From Nitrospirota bacterium (GTDB lineage Bacteria; Nitrospirota; 9FT-COMBO-42-15; HDB-SIOI813): a stretch of DNA of 43,705 nucleotides. Shown here piece by piece: positions 7,700 to 16,802 of the stretch. The DNA lies in contig JAHFEQ010000002.1 in assembly GCA_023248395.1 (NCBI GenBank), forward strand, positions 1 to 43,705, given 5' to 3'. Position numbers and translations under genes: made by a program. Under the pieces are notes generated by a model. It saw nothing but the letters and a program-made list of their open reading frames with translations. It made no database searches and was not told the origin of the DNA. Numbering within the stretch: the stretch's first letter is position 1; the number at the start of each line of letters is the position of its first letter.

Positions 7700-8179
7700 A
7701 TGATCCATGACGTCAGAATAAAAAAACTCAAGCTTCTTCCAGATGACCGTGGTTTTCTGATGGAGATGCTGCGGTGCGATGACGAGGTCTTTTTGAACTT
7801 TGGCCAGGTCTACATCACTGGCTGCATCAGGGGGGTTGTCAAGGGATGGCACTATCATAAGGAGCAGACCGATAACTTTATCTGTGTTTACGGCAAGGCC
7901 CTGGTTGTACTGTGTGATTTGAGGGAGGGGTCGCCTACGTATGGGGTCTCTCAGGAATTTTTCTTAGAGGCTCCGCCCTCTAAAGGGGATGGGAATATCC
8001 TTCTCCAGATCCCTGCAGGTGTTATGCATGGATTCACAGCCTATGAGTGCGATGAGGCAAGGATTATCAATGTACCTACCCGTCCGTATCGATATGATAA
8101 TCCTGATGAGTACAGGTATCCCTGGAATAGTGAGGAAGTACCGTATAAATGGCCCAGATATGTGACAAGGGGAGGGTAG
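7700..8179 (+). CDS. rmlC: dTDP-4-dehydrorhamnose 3,5-epimerase family (short cupin)
   Basis: DDRGFLMEMLR, VKGWHYHKEQTDNFICVYGKALVVLCDLREGSPTYG and GVMHGF fit the RmlC cupin pattern. Sits between rmlA and rmlB. Confidence 0.75.
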   Translation: MIHDVRIKKLKLLPDDRGFLMEMLRCDDEVFLNFGQVYITGCIRGVVKGWHYHKEQTDNFICVYGKALVVLCDLREGSPTYGVSQEFFLEAPPSKGDGNILLQIPAGVMHGFTAYECDEARIINVPTRPYRYDNPDEYRYPWNSEEVPYKWPRYVTRGG

Positions 8180-8180
8180 A

Positions 8181-9185
8181 ATGAAATTACTAATAACCGG
8201 TGGTGCTGGGTTTATCGGCAGCAACTTTATCAGGCATATGATCCATAAATATCCGGATTACCCTATTACGAACCTTGATAAACTGACCTATGCAGGAAAT
8301 CTCGATAACCTTAAGGATATCGAAGGACACTCAAACTACCGGTTTCTCAGGGGGGATATCTGTGATGTAAAGGCGGTCTCTGATGCGGCAGAGGGTGTTG
8401 ATGCGATCATCAATTTTGCCGCTGAGACCCACGTAGACCGCTCAATCCTGGAACCCGGGAGCTTTATACAGACGGATATCTATGGTACTTATGTATTACT
8501 GGAGGCGGTTAAGGCCCAGGGGATTAAACGTTACCTCCAGATATCGACGGATGAGGTTTACGGGAGTATCGAGGGAGGGTCTTTTACAGAAGAGAGTCCG
8601 CTGACGCCGAGCAGTCCGTACTCCGCCTCAAAGGCTGGTGCGGATATGCTGGTCCACTCTTACTGGAAGACCTTTCATCTCCCGGTGATCATTACACGGA
8701 GCTCCAACAATTTTGGTCCTTATCAGTATCCGGAGAAACTGATACCCCTTTTTATTACTAATGCGCTGGAGGATAAGCCGCTTCCGCTTTACGGGGATGG
8801 CTTGAATGTACGTGATTGGATCTATGTGAGCGATAACTGTGCGGCGATTGATCTGGTCCTTCATCAGGGGAGAGATGGCGAGGTCTACAATATCGGTGGG
8901 GGAACGGAACGAACCAATATAGAGATTACGGAGATTATATTAAGAGAACTTGGCAAGCCTGGAGATTTGATTAGATATATCAAGGACAGACCCGGTCATG
9001 ACCGGCGTTATTCGATAGACTCATCAAAGCTTAAGTCATTGGGTTTTAAGCATCAGTACGGATTTGAAGATGCCATACGGAATACCGTCAGATGGTATAG
9101 CGCGAATGAATGGTGGTGGAAAAAGGTTAAGTCTGAAGACTTCAAGAGATTTTATAAGAAGGCCTATGGCGAGATCGAGTGGTGA
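8181..9185 (+). CDS. rmlB: dTDP-glucose 4,6-dehydratase
   Basis: MKLLITGGAGFIGSNF, ISTDEVYG, YSASKAGAD (YxxxK) and RYSIDSSKL. Confidence 0.95.
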   Translation: MKLLITGGAGFIGSNFIRHMIHKYPDYPITNLDKLTYAGNLDNLKDIEGHSNYRFLRGDICDVKAVSDAAEGVDAIINFAAETHVDRSILEPGSFIQTDIYGTYVLLEAVKAQGIKRYLQISTDEVYGSIEGGSFTEESPLTPSSPYSASKAGADMLVHSYWKTFHLPVIITRSSNNFGPYQYPEKLIPLFITNALEDKPLPLYGDGLNVRDWIYVSDNCAAIDLVLHQGRDGEVYNIGGGTERTNIEITEIILRELGKPGDLIRYIKDRPGHDRRYSIDSSKLKSLGFKHQYGFEDAIRNTVRWYSANEWWWKKVKSEDFKRFYKKAYGEIEW

Positions 9186-9189
9186 GAGA

Positions 9190-10020
9190 ATGGAGGCGGA
9201 TCCTCGTATACACTGGGGCACAGGTGAGATAGGCGGCCCGCGACACGAATACAGGGAGTCTCTGATGCTGAAGCTTCTCAGAGCTAACCTGCAGAGCGGG
9301 AGTCTGGTATTAGATGCCGGCTGCGGGAGCGGAAGTCTCCTCTTTAAGCTCGGAAGATTTGACTGTATGGTTCACGGCATAGAACAATCCAATGAATTTG
9401 TAGAGATGCTGCGCAGCAGGGTGAAGGCTTCTGGTCTATCCCACATCGGCCATATAAGGCATGGGAGTGTCGTGGATATCCCTTATCCCGATAAGACCTT
9501 TGATGTGATCGTCTCAGGGGAGGTCTTAGAACATGTGAGAGATGATATCCGGGCCGTTATGGAGTTCTATAGGGTGTTAAGACCCGGAGGTGTTTGTGTT
9601 GTTTCAGTCCCTGCGACCCCGGCCTTATGGGATTTTAGCGATGAATGGGCAGGACACCTGAGGAGATATACCAAAGAAGATCTGTTGGACCTCTTTGAGA
9701 AGAAGGGATTTATTGTGGAGGATGTGAGGTACTGGGGTTTCCCCTTTGTAAGGTTATATCATCAGTTTCTATACCTCCCCTATGTCAGGAGAAAGACATC
9801 TCATGGCGTATCTGAAGATGCGATCAAACCGCCCGATACCAGCAATCGTCAGTTACTGATAAAAGCGCTGAGTATGGTCTTTAAGTTTGATTCACTCTTC
9901 CGGTGGGCGCCATTTGGGATAGGCCTGATACTTAAGGCCCGTAAACCATACGCAGATGTGACTGTCAAGTTGGATGCAAAGTTAGATGCCAGGTTGGGCG
10001 CTATTGGGTGCACATCTTAG
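9190..10020 (+). CDS. Class I SAM-dependent methyltransferase
   Basis: VLDAGCGSGSLLFKL (motif I) and VLRPGGVCVVSVP. Start moved to ATG 9190, 4 nt after the rmlB stop; the ORF-track start at 9064 lies inside rmlB. Confidence 0.8.
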   Translation: MEADPRIHWGTGEIGGPRHEYRESLMLKLLRANLQSGSLVLDAGCGSGSLLFKLGRFDCMVHGIEQSNEFVEMLRSRVKASGLSHIGHIRHGSVVDIPYPDKTFDVIVSGEVLEHVRDDIRAVMEFYRVLRPGGVCVVSVPATPALWDFSDEWAGHLRRYTKEDLLDLFEKKGFIVEDVRYWGFPFVRLYHQFLYLPYVRRKTSHGVSEDAIKPPDTSNRQLLIKALSMVFKFDSLFRWAPFGIGLILKARKPYADVTVKLDAKLDARLGAIGCTS

Positions 10021-11854
10021 GATATTTTTATTAATAACGGCTCTATCGGTTGCTGTATATGCCAATTCTTTTTATAACTCCTTTCACTTTGATGATCAGC
10101 ACTATATTGTAACCAATCCCTATATCAGAGATCTCTCCAATATTCCCACCTTCTTTAAGTCATCACAATATTCCAGTTTTGAGAAGATGTTTACCGGTCA
10201 TTACCGGCCGCTGCTTGTAACATCCTACGCACTGAACTATGCCATCAGCGACCTGAATCCTGTGGGGTATCATCTGGTGAACCTGGGGTTTCACACCGGG
10301 TCGGCGTTTCTGGTATTTTTGATACTGGAAGCTATGTTGGGTAGCAGCGGGCTACCTGCTACTTTTACTGCCCTCGCTGTAGCGTTCATCTTTGCGGTCC
10401 ATCCCTTTAACTCAGAGGTGGTGAACTATATCACGGCACGCTCCAGCGTGATGTGCTCGTTTTTTTATCTGTTATCTTTTTATTGCTGGATCCTATTCAG
10501 GAATGTAGCCGCAGGCTTTAGCCTGCGTCCTATGTCTACACCCTATTATCTTGCTTCACTCCTCGCCTTCCTCCTTGCCATGCTCACTAAGGAGATTGCC
10601 ATTACCCTCCCGGTAATGTTGGTTTTATATGATATGTATTTCTATCGTTCTACTCCGAAATCTGCTACCCGACGTTGCTACCATCTTTCATACTTACCGT
10701 ATATTCTTCTTGGCGCTGTCCCCTACCTCATCTATCGTTTTCGGGTTTATGGTGGCATTGGTCTATCAGGCGGGACGCGTGATTTTTATACAAACTTGCT
10801 GACACAATCCAAAGTGCTCCTTAAGTATATGCAGCTTATGATCCTTCCCCTCGGTCTTAGCATTGAGCATGATATCGCCACATCTAATTCAATCTATGAC
10901 GTGAGTCTGATTATCTCTATAGTAGCGCTTCTCTTCATTGTGACAACCGCTTATCTGCTCTTTAAAAGAGGGGGGGAGTGGAAGGTCTTATCCTTTTTTC
11001 TCCTCTGGTTTTTTATCACTCTTCTGCCGACGACACTTCTCCCGCTGAATGCGATATTACAGGAAAACAGGGGATATCTGGCAGGCATTGGTTTTCCACT
11101 CTTTGCCGGGATCTGCGTAGGAAAGTTGCCTCGACAGGCATCGACGCCACTTTTACTTATTCTGATATCCCTCCTTTCAATCATGACCATCCAGCGCAAC
11201 AGGGTCTGGAAGGATGACTATGCGCTCTGGAGAGATGCGGCAAATAAGTCCCCGAACTCTGCAAGGGTTCATGATAATTTAGGGCTTGCCTACATAGGGA
11301 GGGGAGAATATGATCTAGCGATAGCTGAATTCCAAAGGACCCTGGAGCTTCATCCACTCTACTACCTGGCATACTATAATGCCGGTGTCGTGTATCAACT
11401 TCAAAACAGTCTGGATCTGGCGAGGGATTCGTATGAAGAGTGTCTGAAGATCAATCCGCAATATTTTCGTGCCTACTACAACCTCGGTATTTTATACAGG
11501 AAGACCGGTGATCTGGATAAGGCTATCCAAGCCTATGAGAAGGCCATCTCTCTGGATCAACGTCATTCCTTTGTATACAACAATCTCGGCGTTGCCTTAA
11601 CAGACAGGGGACAGACAGATAAGGCTGAGTCAGTTTTTAAGAAGGCGGTAGAGCTTGATCCGGGGTATGAGAAGGCCTATTTTAACCTTGGAAATCTCTA
11701 CTATAAGGCAGGTAAGTATGGTCTTGCTGCCGGGGCATACAGGTCTTCACTCAAGATTAAACCGGATTATAAAGAGGCAAGGGAGATGCTTAAGGCAGCC
11801 CTTAATCCCCCCATCCCCCCTTTATTAAAGGGGGGTAAGGGGGGATTACAATGA
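9986..11854 (+). CDS. TMTC-like GT-C membrane glycosyltransferase (DUF1736/PMT_2-type) with about 5 C-terminal TPR repeats
   Basis: First-loop acidic motif [20 protein letters not shown]. Multiple TM helices, including [20 protein letters not shown] and the [10 protein letters not shown] motif. The C-terminus carries TPRs ([29 protein letters not shown] and others). Confidence 0.75.
   Translation: MPGWALLGAHLRIFLLITALSVAVYANSFYNSFHFDDQHYIVTNPYIRDLSNIPTFFKSSQYSSFEKMFTGHYRPLLVTSYALNYAISDLNPVGYHLVNLGFHTGSAFLVFLILEAMLGSSGLPATFTALAVAFIFAVHPFNSEVVNYITARSSVMCSFFYLLSFYCWILFRNVAAGFSLRPMSTPYYLASLLAFLLAMLTKEIAITLPVMLVLYDMYFYRSTPKSATRRCYHLSYLPYILLGAVPYLIYRFRVYGGIGLSGGTRDFYTNLLTQSKVLLKYMQLMILPLGLSIEHDIATSNSIYDVSLIISIVALLFIVTTAYLLFKRGGEWKVLSFFLLWFFITLLPTTLLPLNAILQENRGYLAGIGFPLFAGICVGKLPRQASTPLLLILISLLSIMTIQRNRVWKDDYALWRDAANKSPNSARVHDNLGLAYIGRGEYDLAIAEFQRTLELHPLYYLAYYNAGVVYQLQNSLDLARDSYEECLKINPQYFRAYYNLGILYRKTGDLDKAIQAYEKAISLDQRHSFVYNNLGVALTDRGQTDKAESVFKKAVELDPGYEKAYFNLGNLYYKAGKYGLAAGAYRSSLKIKPDYKEAREMLKAALNPPIPPLLKGGKGGLQ
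10505..10534. repeat. REP-like palindromic element, family A, in frame inside the TMTC-like CDS
   Basis: GTAGCCGCAGGCTTTAGCCTGCGTCCTATG is 29/30 identical to 31222-31251. Hairpin GCAGGC-TTTA-GCCTGC. Encodes [10 protein letters not shown]. Confidence 0.85.
11804..11847. repeat. Palindromic element, family C (AATCCCCCC..CCCCCC-TTTATTAAA-GGGGGG..GGGGGGATT)
   Basis: A 44-nt near-perfect hairpin. It encodes the last 15 aa ([15 protein letters not shown]) of the TMTC-like protein and contains the stop codon of the convergent BNR gene. Confidence 0.85.
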
Positions 11855-13801
11855 TCGCTTTTGCCTTACAATGGTAAAGATGGCGGTTCCAATAATCAGC
11901 AAAATGGGAAGTATCAATACAATCTTCTGTAATGGCGTAGTATGCAGAGATACCATAGCTATCCAAACAGCCGGCAGGAGCGCCACTCTGACAACAGCCC
12001 TTAAATAACTGTGTTCCAGTAAGAACCAGGCTGCTGGCGGGCTCAGACGATAATAGGTAGACACAAACCATCGGCCCATCTTATTCGTTAAGAGATACCT
12101 GTCTCTAAACTCCCTCAGTAGCTCTACATGCCGCTCAAGGGGACTACCGTATGCTGCAGTGGCTATAAAACATGCCTCGCCGAGTCGTTGTCCTGCTATC
12201 AGTAGACTCCCTATATCAAGAAAGCCGCTAATAAAGTATATATTATAATTGTCTTTAGCGAGCGAACTTTTGGTATCCTGCCAGACAACATAGACATGGC
12301 CAATGTTGTCGATAGACATTACAGGATTGATAGAGTCACCAGGAGGTGTTAAATAATCAAGTCGTATATCATTTTCCTGCCAAGTGTTTTCCCTACCTTT
12401 TTCGATTGAAAAGTTGAAATATATATTAGAATCCTGAGGACGTTTATCTAACCATGTCACAAATATATCTCCTAAGTTGTCTACCTGGGCTGCGGGAGAG
12501 AAAGCATTTGTTTCACCTGGTGGGACCCCTGTATCTATACGGATGTTAGATTCTGAGTCGGGAAAAGTGCGCCCAAAGTCTTCGGAATGATTAAAATATA
12601 TATTGTAATTAGTACTAACCCCCTTTGTTGTAGCCTCTAAATTGCTTGCCCACACTATACCTATAATCCCCTTATTATTGTTTGCAATGGCGACATCTCT
12701 CGTTTCAATCCTATCCCCCCCTGTTGTGTCTATACGCTTATCCTCATCATCCCATGTGGTCCCGTAATTACTTGAGCGGTTAAAATAGACATCACTTGTT
12801 CCATCTCCGGCAAATTGTTCCCCCCTGGCTGCCCGCCCTGCATTGTCCATCCATGCCACATAGATGTGCCCTTGAACATCACTACTGATCACAGGAGGCG
12901 AGAATTGTATATTTCCCCCGACAGGTGCCCTGTCTATACGAAGCGCGTCTGTCTCCCACTTCACCCCATGGTTTTTTGATACATTAAAGTAGATCCCAGG
13001 GTATACCTCTTCTTCAGGTATATTCCTGTTATCCTGCCATACTACATAAACATAGCCACCCTTATCTGTGAATATCACCGGATTGATTGCACGAAATATT
13101 CCTGCGGAGACTCCGGTATTGAGGCGCAATTCTGGTGTCTGGTAATACACGATAAAGTCTGTGGGCTTATTGAATTGTACCTGAAGGGATCTAAAGTATA
13201 CCTCATAAATTCCGGCCCTGTTCCGGTCATCCTGCCATACAATATATACATTCCCATTGTCATCACATGCGATCTTAGGGTTTACAGAATCGCCCACACT
13301 GGGATTATCTGAATCGATGCGCTCCTCTATGAATGCAGGATACCATGATAACCCGTAATCCTTAGAATACCGGAAATATATATCTCGTTTACCTGTGCCG
13401 GCCTTCACTGCCCTGTCATCTACCCATACTACATAGACATGGCCGGAGTTGTCTGCGCAGACATCAGGAGTGGTTGCGTCTCCTGGCGTGATTTCTGACG
13501 AAGGTCTTGGGAATCCAGTGGGTATAGGGGTAGAACTCGGCTGCCATCCACTGTCTGCGAAGAATGTGTTTGCATAGATACTCGGAGACCCTCCCCGGTT
13601 ATCACTCCACACAACGTATACATGACCATTTTGGTCAGCGCTCATCCGGGGGGTAATTGCATTATTAGGCCTTGTCAGCACAGGCAAGTCCACCCTCGTA
13701 TCTCTCGCATTAAAATCTATGGCATGGGCGATGCCATGCAGAGCGATAGATAAGAAAGATAGTACCGTCAGAATTAAGCGGTATATTGCAATCTTTTTCA
13801 T
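11846..13801 (-). CDS. Secreted BNR/Asp-box repeat (sialidase-like beta-propeller) protein with [10 protein letters not shown]-type C-terminal membrane anchor
   Basis: Signal peptide [27 protein letters not shown]. Eight repeats of the xVYVVWxDxR type ([80 protein letters not shown]). Asp-box-like [24 protein letters not shown] and SEDFGRTF. The C-terminus reads [28 protein letters not shown]...YYRLSPP, followed by TM helices. Confidence 0.75.
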   Translation of the reverse strand: MKKIAIYRLILTVLSFLSIALHGIAHAIDFNARDTRVDLPVLTRPNNAITPRMSADQNGHVYVVWSDNRGGSPSIYANTFFADSGWQPSSTPIPTGFPRPSSEITPGDATTPDVCADNSGHVYVVWVDDRAVKAGTGKRDIYFRYSKDYGLSWYPAFIEERIDSDNPSVGDSVNPKIACDDNGNVYIVWQDDRNRAGIYEVYFRSLQVQFNKPTDFIVYYQTPELRLNTGVSAGIFRAINPVIFTDKGGYVYVVWQDNRNIPEEEVYPGIYFNVSKNHGVKWETDALRIDRAPVGGNIQFSPPVISSDVQGHIYVAWMDNAGRAARGEQFAGDGTSDVYFNRSSNYGTTWDDEDKRIDTTGGDRIETRDVAIANNNKGIIGIVWASNLEATTKGVSTNYNIYFNHSEDFGRTFPDSESNIRIDTGVPPGETNAFSPAAQVDNLGDIFVTWLDKRPQDSNIYFNFSIEKGRENTWQENDIRLDYLTPPGDSINPVMSIDNIGHVYVVWQDTKSSLAKDNYNIYFISGFLDIGSLLIAGQRLGEACFIATAAYGSPLERHVELLREFRDRYLLTNKMGRWFVSTYYRLSPPAAWFLLEHSYLRAVVRVALLPAVWIAMVSLHTTPLQKIVLILPILLIIGTAIFTIVRQKRSL

Positions 13802-13823
13802 CTGAAAATCCCATTCTCTATGT

Positions 13824-13880
13824 GTAGTCGCAACCTTTAGGTTGCGCCATCATGGAACGCAGGCTAAAGCCTGCGACTAC
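13824..13880. repeat. Compound family A element (inverted orientation)
   Basis: Outer 9-bp stem GTAGTCGCA/TGCGACTAC encloses GCAACC-TTTA-GGTTGC and GCAGGC-TAAA-GCCTGC. Its reverse complement begins GTAGTCGCAGGCTTTAGCCTGCGTTCCATG. Confidence 0.85.
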
Positions 13881-13936
13881 AGCTTATTTTCATGCTCCTT
13901 TGCGAGCCTTGGCTCATGAATGTTTCATGTCTTATT

Positions 13937-14467
13937 CTACTTGCCTGACATCCTCTCCCTCACCTCATTAAACATCGAAATATACTCCGCACTCCTGTAA
14001 TCCGGATAGGTATATGGAAAGGGTTGATATGCCTTATCCTTATAATAGAGTGTGACCTCGGCATAGATCCCTTTCCCGATGTAGATTCTATGGTAGAAAT
14101 CCTTTGTCGATGCGAGGACCACCTTAGCTAAGGTTAAATACCCGGGGTCTATGTTAATAGGTCTGGTGGGCATCGTGGCATCGATGTTGTCTCTGAAATA
14201 AAACTCAAGATCATTAGTCATTCTTTTGACATCCGCCAGGGTGTCAGGTTGGATCAGCTGCTCAAAAAACAGGAAGGTCCGCTTTAGGTCTGTCCCCATC
14301 TCCTTTTCATAATATCGTGTATGGGCCCAGGGGTATACTGGACTGACAAAGTCTACAAGGCCGAGGGATGGGGAGAGATTCTCTCTGGTAATATGGAAAA
14401 GCCTTTCGTCCCTGCTTAGCAGCGCCGTAAACAGCCTTGCCTCTTCAACCGATTTTATAAACCCCAT
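13937..14467 (-). CDS. DUF4416-like protein
   Basis: YYEKEMGTDLKRTFLFFEQLI, RPINIDPGYLTLAKVVLASTKDFYHRIYIGKGIYAEVTL. The family name is recalled from memory. Start taken at ATG 14467 (MGFIKS); the ORF-track TTG at 14515 looks less likely. Confidence 0.6.
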   Translation of the reverse strand: MGFIKSVEEARLFTALLSRDERLFHITRENLSPSLGLVDFVSPVYPWAHTRYYEKEMGTDLKRTFLFFEQLIQPDTLADVKRMTNDLEFYFRDNIDATMPTRPINIDPGYLTLAKVVLASTKDFYHRIYIGKGIYAEVTLYYKDKAYQPFPYTYPDYRSAEYISMFNEVRERMSGK

Positions 14468-14536
14468 AATAATAGCATAAACTATATTGCAAGAATTGTG
14501 CAAGAGCCAGGGCAAGGTATAAAAGTAATTCGGGCA

Positions 14537-14565
14537 TTGTTAATTGTAACCCTGTCTGTTATAAT
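14537..14565 (+). promoter_or_regulatory. Putative sigma70-type promoter of the sensor gene (TTGTTA-17-TATAAT)
   Basis: -35 TTGTTA at 14537-14542, a 17-nt spacer, and consensus -10 TATAAT at 14560-14565, about 48 nt upstream of ATG 14614. Confidence 0.5.
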
Positions 14566-14613
14566 ATTTCCATTTATCCTGGGATTCTATAACGGCTTAA
14601 ACGGGTTATCTAT

Positions 14614-16662
14614 ATGAGTATCCAGAAAAAGGTAGTCATTGCGATATTGGTTACAGGCTTTATTGCCCTCGCCATAGGTCTGTCTATTACGTATTTTCAG
14701 GTGAAAAACGTCCTTACAGAGGCCATAGGCCGGGACTTTGCTGAGATCGCAAAGAAGTCTGCAGAGAGGTTTGATGCGGCAGTGAAGGAGGAGATGGATA
14801 CGTTCCATCGTTTATCCGAAGAGCCGGCCTTTGTCAAGGCAGTAAAAGAGAATAATAAGGAGAGCATCGGGACCTATCTTACCTACTATCTTAAGCATGC
14901 GGAGGAAAGGGAAGAGCATCTTTCCATTATTGTTGTTGACGGGAAAGGGAGGATTATTGGGGATGGAAAATTAAGATTAAATAACAAGATCGATCAGTCG
15001 GATGAAAAGTGGTGGAAGGTGGTTTACAACGGTGGAGAGGGTAAGTTATACGCCAGTGATATCTATCTTGACAAGGAAACGGGCAGGAAGGCCTTTGATG
15101 TCGGTATCCCTGTCTTAGATACGGCCACAGGCAGGGCTATTGGCGGCGTAAGAACGATTATGGACGTGGACACCTTTTTCCGCTTTATTAAGGACACGAG
15201 ATTTGGCAAGACAGGACATGGTATGATTGTAGACTCAGAAGGGACCCCGCTGATATGCTCTATCCTGCCGCTTGTAGAACATTCTATGAACAGGCCGATC
15301 ATTGATCTCATTACCAGCAGAGGGGGAGGGTGGACTATAGCTGAAGATGATGCCCACGGGGGGAAGAACTCCATCATAGGATTTAGCCCTGTCGAATATA
15401 TCAACTCCTTAGGTTCGGAAAGTATTGGGGGTCATCAGTGGTATACGTTTATTCGTCAGGCCCCGGAGGAGACCCTTGCCCCGGTCAATAAACTCATGCT
15501 GAAGGTCCTCTTCCTTGAATCTCTTATCGTCTTTTCAATCTGTGCCCTGGGTGTTTATATTGTACGCAGGCTTCTGCTTAAGCCTGTGAATATCCTCCAT
15601 GAAGGTGTAGGGAGGATTGGCAAGGGAAATTTTGAGCATAAGATCAATATCCATACCGGTGATGAGCTTGAGGCCCTTGCCAACGGCTTTAACAAGATGG
15701 GCGAGGCACTTAAAGGGGTGTATTATAATCTTGAAGAGAAGATCAGGGAAAGAACCACTGCGCTGAGGACATCAGAGACAAAATACAGGGCATTGATGGA
15801 GCAGGCCTATGATGCCATATTCCTTGTAAATCCGGACGGTGGGCAGATTATGGAGGTCAATCTGCAGGCAGAGATGTTAACCGGTTTTTCCAAAGATCAG
15901 CTCCTCAGCATTAAATATTGGGATCTATACCCCCAGCATCTGGTGAATCAGGCTGTGGAGCAGTTTAACAAGGGAGTACGGAGGGGATTTTCCACCATCC
16001 ATGATGCGCCGATCAGGAGGAAAGACGGAGAGATGGCATGGGTCGATATCAGTGCAAGATTAGTCGGATATAATAGTGTAAAGATCTATCATACAGTCAT
16101 GAGGGATATTACTGAGAGGAAAAAAGAAGAAGAAAAGTTGAGCACGACGAGTGAGCAGCTTGCCCGGTCAACGATGGTGATGCTTGATCAGGATACGAGG
16201 CTTGTTGCGATCAGGCAGGAGATGAATTCCCTGATTAACCATCTTAACATGTCTGAGATCTTTGTTATTTTATCTAAGGCGCTCAGTGATATGATGGGGA
16301 TTACGAGGATTGCTATATTTGAGCAATCAGGAGAGGTTGTGAGCTGCAACTGGGTTCGTGGTATTGAGAATAAAAGGCTTCTTCAGTTAACTAGTTCGAT
16401 CGGGGAAGATGATCCCGTATCGAATGCCGTAAGGGATTTGAGGGTCGTCAGGAAGGGGGATACCCATAAGAAGAGCCTGATCGATAGATACTTTGAGGAT
16501 TGGATCGTATACCCCCTTCGGGGGAAAGACAGGGTTATCGGGGCATTTGTGGCAGATACAGGAAGAACCGGAACCAGTAAAGAGATGTTGCAATCCTTTG
16601 TGGATATCGTGGCGATGGTGTTAGAGAAAGACAGCATGATAAAAAGGGCGAAAAGTACTTGA
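14614..16662 (+). CDS. Membrane sensor: Cache-like periplasmic domain, HAMP, PAS, C-terminal GAF-like domain, no recognisable output domain
   Basis: Two TM helices (VVIAILVTGFIALAIGLSI and LESLIVFSICALGVYIV). HAMP: PVNILHEGVGRIGKGNFEHKINIHTGDELEALANGFNKMGEAL. PAS: KYRALMEQAYDAIFLVNPDGGQIMEVN...RDITERK. GAF-like tail: VYPLRGKDRVIGAFVAD. No H-box, HATPase, GGDEF, EAL or HD-GYP motifs seen. Confidence 0.8.
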   Translation: MSIQKKVVIAILVTGFIALAIGLSITYFQVKNVLTEAIGRDFAEIAKKSAERFDAAVKEEMDTFHRLSEEPAFVKAVKENNKESIGTYLTYYLKHAEEREEHLSIIVVDGKGRIIGDGKLRLNNKIDQSDEKWWKVVYNGGEGKLYASDIYLDKETGRKAFDVGIPVLDTATGRAIGGVRTIMDVDTFFRFIKDTRFGKTGHGMIVDSEGTPLICSILPLVEHSMNRPIIDLITSRGGGWTIAEDDAHGGKNSIIGFSPVEYINSLGSESIGGHQWYTFIRQAPEETLAPVNKLMLKVLFLESLIVFSICALGVYIVRRLLLKPVNILHEGVGRIGKGNFEHKINIHTGDELEALANGFNKMGEALKGVYYNLEEKIRERTTALRTSETKYRALMEQAYDAIFLVNPDGGQIMEVNLQAEMLTGFSKDQLLSIKYWDLYPQHLVNQAVEQFNKGVRRGFSTIHDAPIRRKDGEMAWVDISARLVGYNSVKIYHTVMRDITERKKEEEKLSTTSEQLARSTMVMLDQDTRLVAIRQEMNSLINHLNMSEIFVILSKALSDMMGITRIAIFEQSGEVVSCNWVRGIENKRLLQLTSSIGEDDPVSNAVRDLRVVRKGDTHKKSLIDRYFEDWIVYPLRGKDRVIGAFVADTGRTGTSKEMLQSFVDIVAMVLEKDSMIKRAKST

Positions 16663-16802
16663 CAGGAAGGATAGAAATAAATAGAATATTATATTTTAGT
16701 AAAGATTGATTACAGAGATATATTAAAAGATTCCAGTGATTAATCTTTGTAATCTTCTTAAAAAATTTCTGGAATCATATACATGTTTGAGGAGAGTTGA
16801 GA

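Noticed and set aside
9064-9189. 42-aa N-terminal extension of the methyltransferase ORF overlapping rmlB.
   Set aside because: The extension lies entirely inside the conserved 3' end of rmlB in another frame. ATG 9190, 4 nt after the rmlB stop, gives a normal-length methyltransferase.
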